The notes under the pieces: generated by a model
What the model was told of the DNA's origin: nothing
Seen by the model: the letters and a program-made list of their open reading frames with translations, nothing else
The model's database searches: none
From: Chiloscyllium plagiosum
Taxonomy: Eukaryota
NCBI RefSeq assembly: GCF_004010195.1
Contig: NC_057718.1
Location: 30,262,045-30,326,044 of the forward strand
Length of the DNA: 64,000 bases
Direction: 5' to 3'
Made by a program: the position numbers and the translations under genes
In this document: piece by piece, positions 54,020-64,000 of the stretch
Layout of the letters: each line of letters starts with the position of its first letter
Position numbering within the stretch: position 1 is the first letter of the stretch

Positions 54020-54706
54020 CAGGATTTTCTAAAGGCTCACTTGCAGGTGGAGTCCGTGGTTAAGAAAGCAAATGTAATGTTGTCATTTATCTCAAGAAGG
54101 TTGGTCTGTAAAAGCAGCGATATGCTACTGAGACTTTATAAAGCTCTAGTTAGGCCCCATTTCGAATACTGCGTCCAATTCTGGGCCCCATACCTCAGGA
54201 AGGACATACTGGCACTGAGCATGTCCAGTGGAGATTCACATGGATGATCCCTGGAATGGTAGGCCTAACATACGATGAACGGCCGAGGATCCTGGGATTG
54301 TATTCATTAGAGTTTAGAAGGTTGAGGGGAGATCTAATAGAAACTTATAAGATAACGCATGGCTTAGAAAGGACGGATGCTGGGAATTTGCTTCTGTTAG
54401 GCAGGGATACTAGGACTTGTGGGCACAGCCTTAGAATTAGGGGAGTCAATTTAGAATGTAAATAAGGAGACATTTCTTCAGCCAGAGTGCTGGGCCTGTG
54501 GAATTCATTGCCACAGGGCGCAGTGGAGGCTGGGACGTTAAATGTCTTCAAGGCAGAGATTGATAAATTCTTGACCTTGCAAGGAATTAAGGGCTATGGC
54601 AAGAGTGCGGTCAAGTGGAGTTGAAATGCCCATCAGCCATGATTAAATGGCAGAGTGGACTCGATAGGCCGAATGGCCTTACTTCCACTCCTATATCTTA
54701 TGGTCT
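54020..54706 (+). mobile_element. 5'-truncated CR1 LINE
   Basis: LVRPHFEYCVQFWAP, LEFRRLRGDLIETYKI; same subfamily as 28920-29317. Confidence 0.9.
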
Positions 54707-55881
54707 AATATGAGAAAGTACAGTATAACGTTCCGCTGCATAATTAATGTACATATATGATTTTACTTCTACACTTTTAAGTATTGAGGCATAAATTTTA
54801 TGTTGGAGTCTTTTCATGTTCATGATTAATGGCTTAAGATCCAAAGCTTACATCAAGAGTGGCTATTGGACAATATACTGTCCAAGCATAGGTGTTGACA
54901 TAAAATATGTTTTTTATGAAAGTGATGTTAAATGTCAGATTTTTGTGTATACAATATTTAATGATATTGGAGGGGAGTTTGGGTCTCACTTTTGACTTAG
55001 TAACAGATTTGTGTGTGGTTTTAAGAACATCTGTAATGATGGTGATTTCATTACAAAACAACCTTTGAAGCCTGGCTGAAGAGTCACTTTGTGCACAAAT
55101 GGAATGTTTGTAACTCAACATTTAATGGGGCCTAATGGGTTTATTAGAAGATTCTGGATTATTTTATTTTAAACTTAAGGGAAACACCCATACTGACAGA
55201 ATTTTAGTTTCACTTTTAACTTTAGTAGCAACTATCCTGGAAAGATTTTGGAACAGGAGGCTGTATACAACAGTGCTCCTCAGAAAAGAGTGAGATTTAG
55301 TGAATAGATTATCTTGGAGTAAAAAGGTAGTGTCACTCCCAGACCAGAAGTGTTCGGGTAAAAACCCAAAACTGGTTATTTTCACTGAGTGCGTTGTAGG
55401 TGCATAGTAGATCCAGAAAGAAGCTATCGCAGTTTCAGTCTACATACAGAGATTCCGGTGTGTATATTACATGATGGTGTTTATTGGAACTGCGCCAAGT
55501 GCAGTGTTTTGGGCACTACACAAAAGCTGTTTTGTTTCTTTACATTTTATAAAGGAGTGTTTTGAAAGTACCAAAATTTTACTGTGTGCTTAAAACCTTT
55601 GAATTTCCATTATAAGTAGATAGTTTGGATTATTCTATTATCCATTTCTTTTGTAATAAATTTCTGTTTTGCTCTCATAGCAAAATCTACTGCATTGTGT
55701 ACCTTTCAGCAGGAGACCACTTTGTTAAAACCAAAACAAATAAAATTACAACCTTTCAAACCAGGCTCCTGTCTGGGATCTGACTTGTCTGGTAAAAACT
55801 TCAGCTGGATCATAACAAAAGCTGTAAAATCAATTACAATGTACTATTTTCAGCATTATGCTATAACAAACTTTTACTTAC

Positions 55882-56010
55882 CACGGGACTGTAACTGTTG
55901 GAAACATATTGGTTGCACACTTCTTCCAATCTCCTTTTAAACCAGTCTTGTAGTTTACTGTACTTGTGTGATTTAGATTTATAATATTTTAGTTCAGCAT
56001 TCAAATGTTC
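55882..56010 (-). CDS. PREPL: PREPL coding exon 2 (EHLNAELKYY...YSPV)
   Basis: T-rich acceptor ...tctgtcaag, donor GTG|GTAAGT, 129 nt open, phase 0/0. Confidence 0.85.
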
Positions 56011-57199
56011 CTTGACAGACACAAAAAAAATTTAGATCATTCAATGTCATCCTTCCAAAAATGACTTAACATTTATAAAGACAATATTTTACAACTATAT
56101 ATCAATCTTTTCACATCTGGATGATTTCAATACTTTTTGAAGTATTGATTATATGCTGCAAGTGAAAGTATCATTTTAAAGCATGCGGTCGATTATATGA
56201 ATGTAGGATGTACGATTAGGACAGTTTCAAAAACAAGAATTATACCAGAATATGTTTTTAACAAACAAAAATGAATGTCTATTTAATATTGCTGAAAGAG
56301 ATAGATTGAAAGTGCTTATCATCTTGCACTCACCAGGACAAATGCAAGGATGCCAAGTTTCAAATGATTACATTAATTTGATCATTTAAATTTTGCACTC
56401 TCCTATTTTTCCCTATTCACTAATGTTTTGGTAATGTCTCCCTTTCAGATTTGGTACTACCGATCATTAAATATTACTTGTCTACACAAGTTTTCTTCAC
56501 AAAGCACTGCAGCCATTATTAGTTATTGCAATTTTTTTCAATGTAACAAGACATTTTGCTTTAAAACTTTTCCAATCGTTAGTGGAAGATAGATGTCAAG
56601 ACAGGTGAAATTCCAGATTTTGAACTTGTAAGTAATAAACGTTGCTAGAAAAGGGCACAGAAACAGTGGATGGATGGTGTCAAACCATGGATGGATGGTG
56701 TCATATCTTTTGTTATTGTTATGTGGAGTCAGTTTAGTTGCAAAACTCATGGATTTATTTAAGGGTTTAAAATACAACTTAGTGTCACAGATAATTATGG
56801 ATGTAACTTGTTTCTTGCACAGGTCTGCTCCACCAAAAACAGCATTTACTTATGCAGTTTCATCCTGGTCCTTGGTTTATTTGCATATCCAGTCCTTAAA
56901 ACAATAATACAACATCCTCTTTTGCCTCCAATTCAAAATTACATTGATGAAAAGTGAAAATAGATATGAATTAGAGTTACTGCAAAGCTGCTTACACAGA
57001 AATGATAATCAAAAAATTTAAGAGTTGAAGAGTCCACAAATTTGTATTACATACATATGTTTTGCCAATCCTTTCAGATCTCTTGACGGTTAAACCTATC
57101 AGAGATTTAGATTTCAACCTGTAAGTGTTAACTTGTATATTGTTAGCGTGTTGGTCATTGTCCTGGGGCTGTTCCACACAGTCATTATTCAAGCTTCAT

Positions 57200-58190
57200 T
57201 TCATGGGAGGGAATCTTCAATGTTCATCATCAATAGTGGCTTGGCAGCACCACTTCTAACTAAGCTGATCAAGTTCTAAAGGACATTGCTGCTTGACTGG
57301 ATCTGTGGCAAGTAGTGAAGGAAGCAACATGACTGAAAAACATAAGTGCATCAATCCATCAACGCACTGATAGGAGTGACCACCTGACACACCTTGTGGA
57401 GACAAAGTCTAATCTTCACATTGAGAATATCCTCCACTGTGACGTGTGGCACGATCACTGTGCTGAATGGGATAGAATTGCAACTTAGGGCCAGATATCC
57501 ACGCTGTAGGCCATCACCAGCAGCAGAATTTTACTCAAACACAATTTGCAATTTTGTATCCTGGCATAACCCTCACATTACCATTACCAGCAAACCAGGG
57601 ATCAAACTTGTTCAATTAAATGTGCAGAAGGGCATGCAGGAGCAGCAACAGGCAGACCTACAAATGAAGTGCTAACTTGATGAAGCTACAACACAGGACA
57701 ACTTGTATGCCACAAAGCATAAACAACAAGAGAGAGACAGGACTAAGGAATTCTACAACCGACAGATTAGATCTATGTTTCACAGTTCTTAATATCCAGT
57801 TGTGAATGGTGGTGCACAATTAAACAACTCAGTGCATAAGAAGGTTAATCCTCAAGATAGGAGAGCCCAACACACATCAGGGCAAAAGATAAAGCTGAAG
57901 CACTTGCAACCATCTTCATCCAGAGGTGCTGAGTGGATGATCCATTTCAGCCTCCTCCTAACGTCCCCAGCATCAGAGATGGGCTTTACAGGCTATGAGT
58001 CCGATAACTGTCTGGCAAGAGAATGCAAGATGCTGCTCCAGAACGTGCCATACCCCAATCCAGCTGTTCCAGTACAGCTACAACAGCATGCAAGGACACA
58101 ACCATGTGGAGAATTGGCCAGATATGCTTTGTACAAAAATGCAGGTAAAATCCAACCTAACCAATTACTGTCTCATTAGTCCACCTTGAT
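57200..58190 (+). mobile_element. Old CR1/L2-type LINE ORF2 fragment
   Basis: Similar to 4750-5170 (caacacatcag..gcaaaagataa..ctgaagca..tgca..atcttca). Confidence 0.65.
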
Positions 58191-59632
58191 CATTTAGTTC
58201 CTGAGATTTTAAGATTCAATTTCTCTAACATTGGAAGGGACATCTCAATAGATTATGACAATCCTTAAGACATGCTACTTCTAACAATCAGAAGATATTT
58301 GAAAATATGATAAAGGAGTCATAAAACATGATATTCAATCAATATAGAGCAATGACCAAAGGGAACAGAAGGTTAAACATCAGAAAGAACAAATACAGTT
58401 TGAGTTACCAGGGTTTGTTGAATAGCTGTCTTCAGAGTCCAGCTGTAACATTGAGTCATTTGCTACTTTACATTCACTCTTACCATTCTCTATTCACTCA
58501 CCAACACTGTTCCAATGAAGTCAACACAATTTCAAAACAAAAGTACTCTCATCCTGCCATCAGAAACCTTACAATGTACTGCCTCAATACAAAGTTCAAC
58601 TATTTCAAATCTTAAATCACTGCTCCCTTTTCTCAGAGGGAAATATACACCTCCTTCATAACCATCTTTTATTCCTTTACTGGCTTATCACTATTCTTCC
58701 TTAGCTTTGAACCATCATCTTTTATAAGTTTGTTACTCCCACTCCAAACCATTTCTTTTGTCACTTTCTTCCCTTGACTCAATATCCTCAACTCGGTATC
58801 TACAGTACGAATGTTAAATCTCTAATTTCTTAGTTTTAATGACAAAACAAGGGTCTGAAAAGTTAAGTCTGTTTATCTCCTTACAAATTTTGCCTGATGT
58901 GCTGAGATTTCCAGAATTCATTGTTTTTAGTATAGATTTACAGCATCTGCAGAATGTTAAAACTATATAGCCAAAACAATTTAAGAGAGTTGTCTACACA
59001 TTGCATAGTTTTCTGATTAAAATTACGTGGACAATTGTGTTTAGTTTAGTATTGAGACTCAAGTAGACATTCAAGTGATGGAGACAATTTCAGGCAAGTG
59101 TATTCTTTCAACCATTCTATTAGTTTAATTAACAGTTTCATTGTTCTCATTTATTATGGAAGTTGCCCCTAGGGATAAATGTCAAATTCTACTTACATGC
59201 ACTCCCCAAGCACTAGCTGTCAAACGAGGAAATGTTGTAGAGAATAAATTCTGAACCAGGACCGGCGATTTTACAAATAGGAGTCGCCTACTTAGGACAG
59301 AGCTTGAGGGGATTTTATTGTTTGCTCCCAGAGAGTTGTACACTTTTGGAACTCTGCCTCAGAAAATGATGGAGGTCAGGATCACTGAATGCTTTCTTAG
59401 GGCAGCAGTGGATTAATTCGTTAGGCAGGACACTGGAAAGGTTACTGGGGGTAGATGGGAATGTGGAATTCAAAATACAAACATCAGTCATGATCTCAAT
59501 GAGTGGCTGAGTAAACTTGAGGGTCAATTGTCTACTTCTGTAGAGAAACTAAGAAATTATATCTATACTGAACCACATATATCACGGTCACTTTGGATTA
59601 CCCTGCAGACTATGAATATGGACGGTACTCAC

Positions 59633-59878
59633 CTCACCGATGAATTCTCGACATGACTTATTCTTTTCCATTTCTAAGTTTTTAAAGTTTCTCGGAAGGT
59701 TGGTGAAGCTCCGGCTACCAGAGCGAGTTCCGGAGCGGCTCCTGAACACACCATCCGGAGCCGCTGTAATGTGCCAGCACCGATGAATGCCCAGCCTCAC
59801 TTTCTGTAACGTGCCGACCACTCGGTGCATTTTGGTCAAAATCCAGCCACGAATCGCTGAGTTCACAACACACGCCAT
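59633..59878 (-). CDS. PREPL: PREPL coding exon 1 (MACVVNSAIR...SCREFIGE), Arg/Ser-rich presequence-like
   Basis: ATG at 59878 (alternative ATG at 59830); donor GAG|GTGAGT at 59632, phase 0 matching the next exon. Start codon choice is inferred. Confidence 0.75.
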
Positions 59879-60111
59879 ACGGGGAGATCACTGCCTTCGA
59901 AACGCATGCTGCAACAGACAAAGTCAAAAGCTCGTGTCTTAACTCCCCCGTGATGAAGAAAGAGTGATTATTGAATAGCCCACAGTAAGGAGGAGTTACA
60001 CAGGGATCAATCTCTCATGAACGGTCCCTTGCTGCCGCCAGCCCAGCCGTCCTGACAGGAACAGACGGCAACCAGGAGACACAACAAATCAATCACCCAC
60101 CCGTCACTCAC

Positions 60112-60200
60112 CAGCCAATCCTCACCGCCTTTCAAGTCGATTTCAACTCCATGTCGATCGCTTTGGTCTTTAGTTCCTTCTAACCGGAAGTAAAACAGAT
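60112..60200 (-). other. PREPL: Putative non-coding first exon of PREPL
   Basis: Consensus donor CTG|GTGAGT at 60111 and a pyrimidine-rich acceptor (tttgtctgttgcag) ending at 59909; 5' boundary is approximate. Confidence 0.5.
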
Positions 60201-60471
60201 GCACGAGAGCCGGTCGTGACTGTGACTTTTTTTCCCCCTGCTCCCTTTCCCCCGATACATTGTGTTTTCTCTTTGTAATTTTTCTCTGCCTTTTGTGGGA
60301 GGGAAAGATTTTTTTTAAAAAAGGCTAGAACGTTGTGAGCGTGAAACAATCATTAAGATGCATTCCTGTGAACACGTGTCCTGTAGATAACTCAAAGGGA
60401 ATAGCAGTAGTTTAAGAAAGAGACTTTGTTCTTTCTGCGAGTCTGGGAACCAGTTGATTCTCGTGGCGCGG

Positions 60472-60621
60472 ATGGAACGCGGCCCCGGGAATCAGAACGC
60501 GGCGCCCGGCTCCGAACCCGGCTGCTATGGAAACGAAAAGGCGCGTGAGCAACCGTCCAGTGTCCAGCTCAGCCTGGAGGAGCCCAGCCTGGCGAGATCC
60601 CGCTGGAAACTGCTGCAGCGG
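60472..60621 (+). CDS. CAMKMT: CAMKMT (calmodulin-lysine N-methyltransferase) coding exon 1; gene continues beyond the window
   Basis: MERGP...ARSRWKLLQR then donor CGG|GTAAGG; RWKLL at the exon end matches vertebrate CAMKMT exon 1; head-to-head with PREPL. Confidence 0.88.
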
Positions 60622-61134
60622 GTAAGGAGTGAGCCTGGGGAAGGTGCTGCTACAGGAGTTTAGTATTTTGGCATATGGCATAGATTGGGGAGAAAAAAAG
60701 AAACCTGTTGCATTATTCTTTTATCGTAAATTACACATTATCAATATGTGTTGTATCGTAGATCACCAATCTATTGTAAATTGGGCACGGTGCTGTGACA
60801 TAGCACACAAGGTGTCAATACCAAGTGTCATCTTCAAGTGAAATTGGATTGAAGTGAAGGGATTATTAGATCAAGGTGATCAGACACTTTCGTCCCTGCT
60901 TCAGAATTATGCACATTTAGATTACTATATGGCACAGAATGCCATTCGTTTCTGCCGTTATTTTATTTGAAATTTCCTTCAGGTACTGTCAACTCCTGAA
61001 AACTTCTGGCAACACCCGCTCTACAGACAGAAAACAAACAAGGTCAACCCTTTTGCCGAGCCTATGATCACTTCATCGTCAACTTTGCTTTCTTCACCAA
61101 ATGCTTGAATAAGTTGTCACTTCACAAATGTGTT

Positions 61135-61232
61135 TCTAGATCAGAGTGGTGCTGGAAAAGCACAGCAGTTCAGGCAGCATCCGAGGAGCAGGGAAATCGA
61201 CGTTTCGGGCAAAAGCCCTTCATCAGGAATCC
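61135..61232 (-). mobile_element. Short PLE family A 3' end with intact hammerhead core (61195-61230)
   Basis: auuc-CUGAUGA-a-GGGC-uuuu-GCCC-GAAA-C-GUC-gauu. Confidence 0.8.
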
Positions 61233-61983
61233 ATGTGACTACTTCCTTTGCCTCATCCATCTACTGTCCCTTTTATCATCTAAAGCTATAGGAATAGTAT
61301 CACATGTACACTGAGGAGACCAAACTCTACCTCTCCACCACATTTCATGACCCCTTCATTTTCTCTGTGTAAAGACCATTAACAAAAGGAACAAGACCCT
61401 GCCATTTGGCCCTTGAACCTGCTCTGCTATTCAATAGGTTCATGGCCAATATGACATTTGTCGTGTCACTTTCCTGCATTTTTCCCGTAATCCTTGATTT
61501 CCCTCCTGATCAAGAATCCAGCTACCTCAGTCTTAAATCTCCACAAGGATTCTGCCCCCACAGCCCTCTGTGGCAGGAGTTCCAAAGACCCTCAACCTTC
61601 TGAGAGAAGAAATCCCTCCTCATCTCAGTCTTAAGACTGTGTATTCTAGTCCACTATTCCCCCATGAGGGGAAACATTCTCTCAGCATTTACCCTTTCAA
61701 GCCCTTTAAGAATCCTATATATTTCAATGACAGCACTTCTGATTCTTCTGAACTCCAGTGAATAGAGACCCAATCTGTTTAATTTTTTCTCATTAGACAA
61801 ACCCTTCATACCAGGGATCAACCCAGTAAACCTTCTTTGAATTGTCATCAATGCAATGATATGTTTCCTCAAATAAGAAGACCAAAACTGCTCACGCCAC
61901 TCTAAATGTTGTTATGTCAGCACCTTGTACAAATGCAGTAAGACTTCCCGATTTTTATACTCCAGTAACCTTGAAATAAGGGC

Positions 61984-62209
61984 TGAAAAATGTTTTGCTG
62001 GAAAAGCACAGCAGGTCAGGCAGCATCCAAGGAGCAGGAGAATCGACGTTTCGGGCATAAGCTCTTCTTCAGGAAGGCCTTCTTGAAGAAGGGCTTATGC
62101 CCGAAACGTCGATTCTTCTGCTCCTTGGATGCTGCCTGACCTGCTGTGCTTTTCCAGCAACACATTTTTCAGCTCTGATCTCCAGCATCTGCAGTCCTCA
62201 CTTTCTCCT
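61984..62209. mobile_element. Palindromic PLE family A insert with 15-bp TSD
   Basis: Near-perfect inverted repeat centred near 62077; TSD ccttgaaataagggc at 61969-61983 and 62210-62224. Confidence 0.88.
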
Positions 62210-62329
62210 CCTTGAAATAAGGGCCAACACTCCATTAGACTTCCTAATTTTTGTTGCACCTGAGTGTTTTATTGCATTTTGTGCACACGTACCCCCAGAT
62301 CCCTTTCTGCAGTTTTTATCCATTTAAAT

Positions 62330-62449
62330 CAGTCCTGATGGAAGGTTCTGACCTGAAAAGTCGACTCCTCTGCTTCTGATGCTACTTGACCTACTGTGCT
62401 TTCTCTAGCTCCACTCTGACTTTCCAGCATCTCAAGTCCTCACTATCTT
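62330..62449 (+). mobile_element. Short PLE 3'-end insert with 9-bp TSD
   Basis: catttaaat at 62321-62329 and 62450-62458; decayed hammerhead core at its start. Confidence 0.7.
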
Positions 62450-63082
62450 CATTTAAATAACATTGTGCTCTATTGTTCTCCCTTTCAAATGAACAACGTC
62501 ACATTTTCCCAAATTATACTGCATTTGCCAATTTTTTGCCTACTTAGTTAAAAACTAATATCTCTTTGTAAACTGGTTGTATCCCTCTTGCACCTTGCCT
62601 TTCTGCTTATTTTTGTATCGTCTTTGGCCAGAGTATTTGGCTGCAATGCATTCATAAGTCATTAATAAATAAACAGCTGTAGTCCCACCAATCCCTGTGG
62701 AACCTCATTGATTACAGGTCACCAACCTGAAAAAGAACCCTGTTATCAATTTGCTTTTCTGACATCCAATCCTGCCTCAGTTTTGTCTAGTTTAGCATTG
62801 AGAAGACCAAAAAGTTCACCTGCAGTCTTTACCACATCATCTCTATCATGGCTGCTAAATCCGTACCATACCCAACCACTGTGTCCGGTTGAACAAGAGT
62901 CGTTGTACCCTTTGTGTCCTTTTTCAGTCAGCTGAACTTCTAACACTAAATTCCCTCCATCACAAACGCTACCTAGTTCTGCCTGTTTGACTCCACTAGA
63001 CTATGCCCAATCTTAAGTCACTTGCTGCTGAAACCATTGCCTATGCCATTGTTAGCTCCAATCACAACAATTCCAATAGTCA

Positions 63083-63226
63083 ATAAAAACCAAAAGAACT
63101 GCAAATGCTGTAAATCAGAAACAAAAGCAAAAGTTGCTGGAAAAGCTCAGCAGATCTAGCAGCATCTGTGAAGAGAAATCAGAGTTAATGTTTCGGGTCC
63201 AGTGCCCCTTCGTCAGAGCTTTCCAG
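63083..63226 (-). mobile_element. Short PLE family D 3'-end insert with 14-bp TSD
   Basis: aattccaatagtca at 63069-63082 and 63227-63240; CUGACGA-a-GGGGC-acug-GACCC-GAAA-CAUU. Confidence 0.82.
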
Positions 63227-63296
63227 AATTCCAATAGTCACCTAGCTGGTTTTCCACCCTGAAACTCTAGAAGATTGGACTCTAGGGTTTTCTACT

Positions 63297-63877
63297 GCTT
63301 ATTTCCGATCCTTCATTGCATTGGTTGGACCACTTTTGGAATATTGCGTGCAGTTCTGGTCTCCTTCCTATTGGAAGGATGTTGTGAAACTTGAAAGGGT
63401 TGAAAAAGATTGACAAGGATGTTGCCAGGGTTGGAGGATTTGAGCTTTAGGGAGAGGCTGAATAGGCTGGGGCTGTTTTCCCTGGAGTGTTGGAGGCTGA
63501 AGGGTGACCTTCTAGAGGTTTATAAGATCAGAAGGGACATGGATAGGATATATAGACAAGGTCTATTCTGAGGGGTGGGGGAGTCCAGAACTAGAGGGCA
63601 TTGTTTTGGGGTGAGAGGGGAAAATATAAAAGGGACTTAAGGGGCAACATTTTCACACAGCGGGTGGTACATGTTTGGAATGAGCTGCTGGAGGATGTGG
63701 TGGAGGCTGGCACAATGATTCTATGATCCTATGAAAAGGCATCTGGCCTTTATATGAGTAAAAAGGGTTAAGAGGGATATGGGCCAAGTGCTGACAAATG
63801 GGACTAGACTTGGTTTGGATATCTGGTTGGCATGGACTGAAGAGTCTGTTTCCATGCTGTACATCTCTGTGACTATA
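63297..63877 (+). mobile_element. 5'-truncated CR1 (HER1-like) LINE
   Basis: gaatattgcgtgcagttctggtctcc (EYCVQFWSP), ggctgaagggtgacct; 3' tail tgtttccatgctgtacatctct. Confidence 0.85.
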
Positions 63878-64000
63878 TGACTCACCTTTGCTGTCATATT
63901 TTGCTTCATGGTTCCTCAAGATTAACATTTTCATCATATATTTAGATTTATTTTCGACCTTGTCTTTCTGTCAAAATGTTTTTCAGAGGAGAAGCATTAT

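Larger units (their letters stand above)
9209..59878 (-). other. PREPL: PREPL gene span (prolyl endopeptidase-like, S9A family), 14 coding exons, 726 aa predicted
   Basis: All 13 introns are GT-AG with matching phases; the exons sum to 2181 nt with no internal stop. Motifs YGAYG, HVRGGGELG, SAGG, EEWGDP and NIILDIQPGG are present, and CAMKMT is head-to-head as in human. Confidence 0.96.
59620..60640. promoter_or_regulatory. CpG-rich bidirectional promoter region PREPL/CAMKMT with ETS (CCGGAAGT 60184-60191) and CCAAT (agccaatc 60113-60120) motifs
   Basis: CpG density is visibly high against a CpG-poor window; divergent ATGs at 59878 and 60472; motifs read directly. Confidence 0.75.
61378..62725 (-). 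mobile_element. CR1 LINE fragment interrupted by two PLE inserts
   Basis: IQRRFTGLIPGM...LYSLEFRR; CR1 3' tail near 61380-61450. Confidence 0.85.

Noticed and set aside
56667..56704. 21-bp tandem duplication (tggatggatggtgtca)
   Set aside because: Simple local slippage duplication with no further structure.
61984..63240. CRISPR-like or prokaryotic repeat array
   Set aside because: Repeats are irregular retroelement ends in a spliced vertebrate locus; there are no spacers or cas genes.

Overview
Vertebrate genomic DNA, almost certainly a shark (inferred from HE1/V-SINE-type SINEs, HER1/CR1-type LINEs and the Penelope families). It holds a complete 14-coding-exon PREPL gene on the minus strand. 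I spliced it by hand using GT-AG junctions: 2181 nt, 726 aa, open throughout, Ser-Asp-His triad intact. The first coding exon of CAMKMT lies head-to-head on the plus strand across a ~0.6 kb CpG-rich bidirectional promoter. Introns are filled with CR1, L2, RTE, L1, Gypsy and Penelope-like (PLE) remnants and tRNA-derived SINEs, and there is one 208-N gap. The most notable non-genic signal is about ten minimal hammerhead-ribozyme motifs (CUGAnGA-N-stem II-GAAA-palindrome) from four PLE families. Several sit in tiny TSD-flanked or palindromic inserts, and two intact copies are in sense within PREPL intron 6. Also seen: templated inversions at LINE junctions, an internally deleted L1 with both ends and a 16-bp TSD, and a uORF overlapping the PREPL start.
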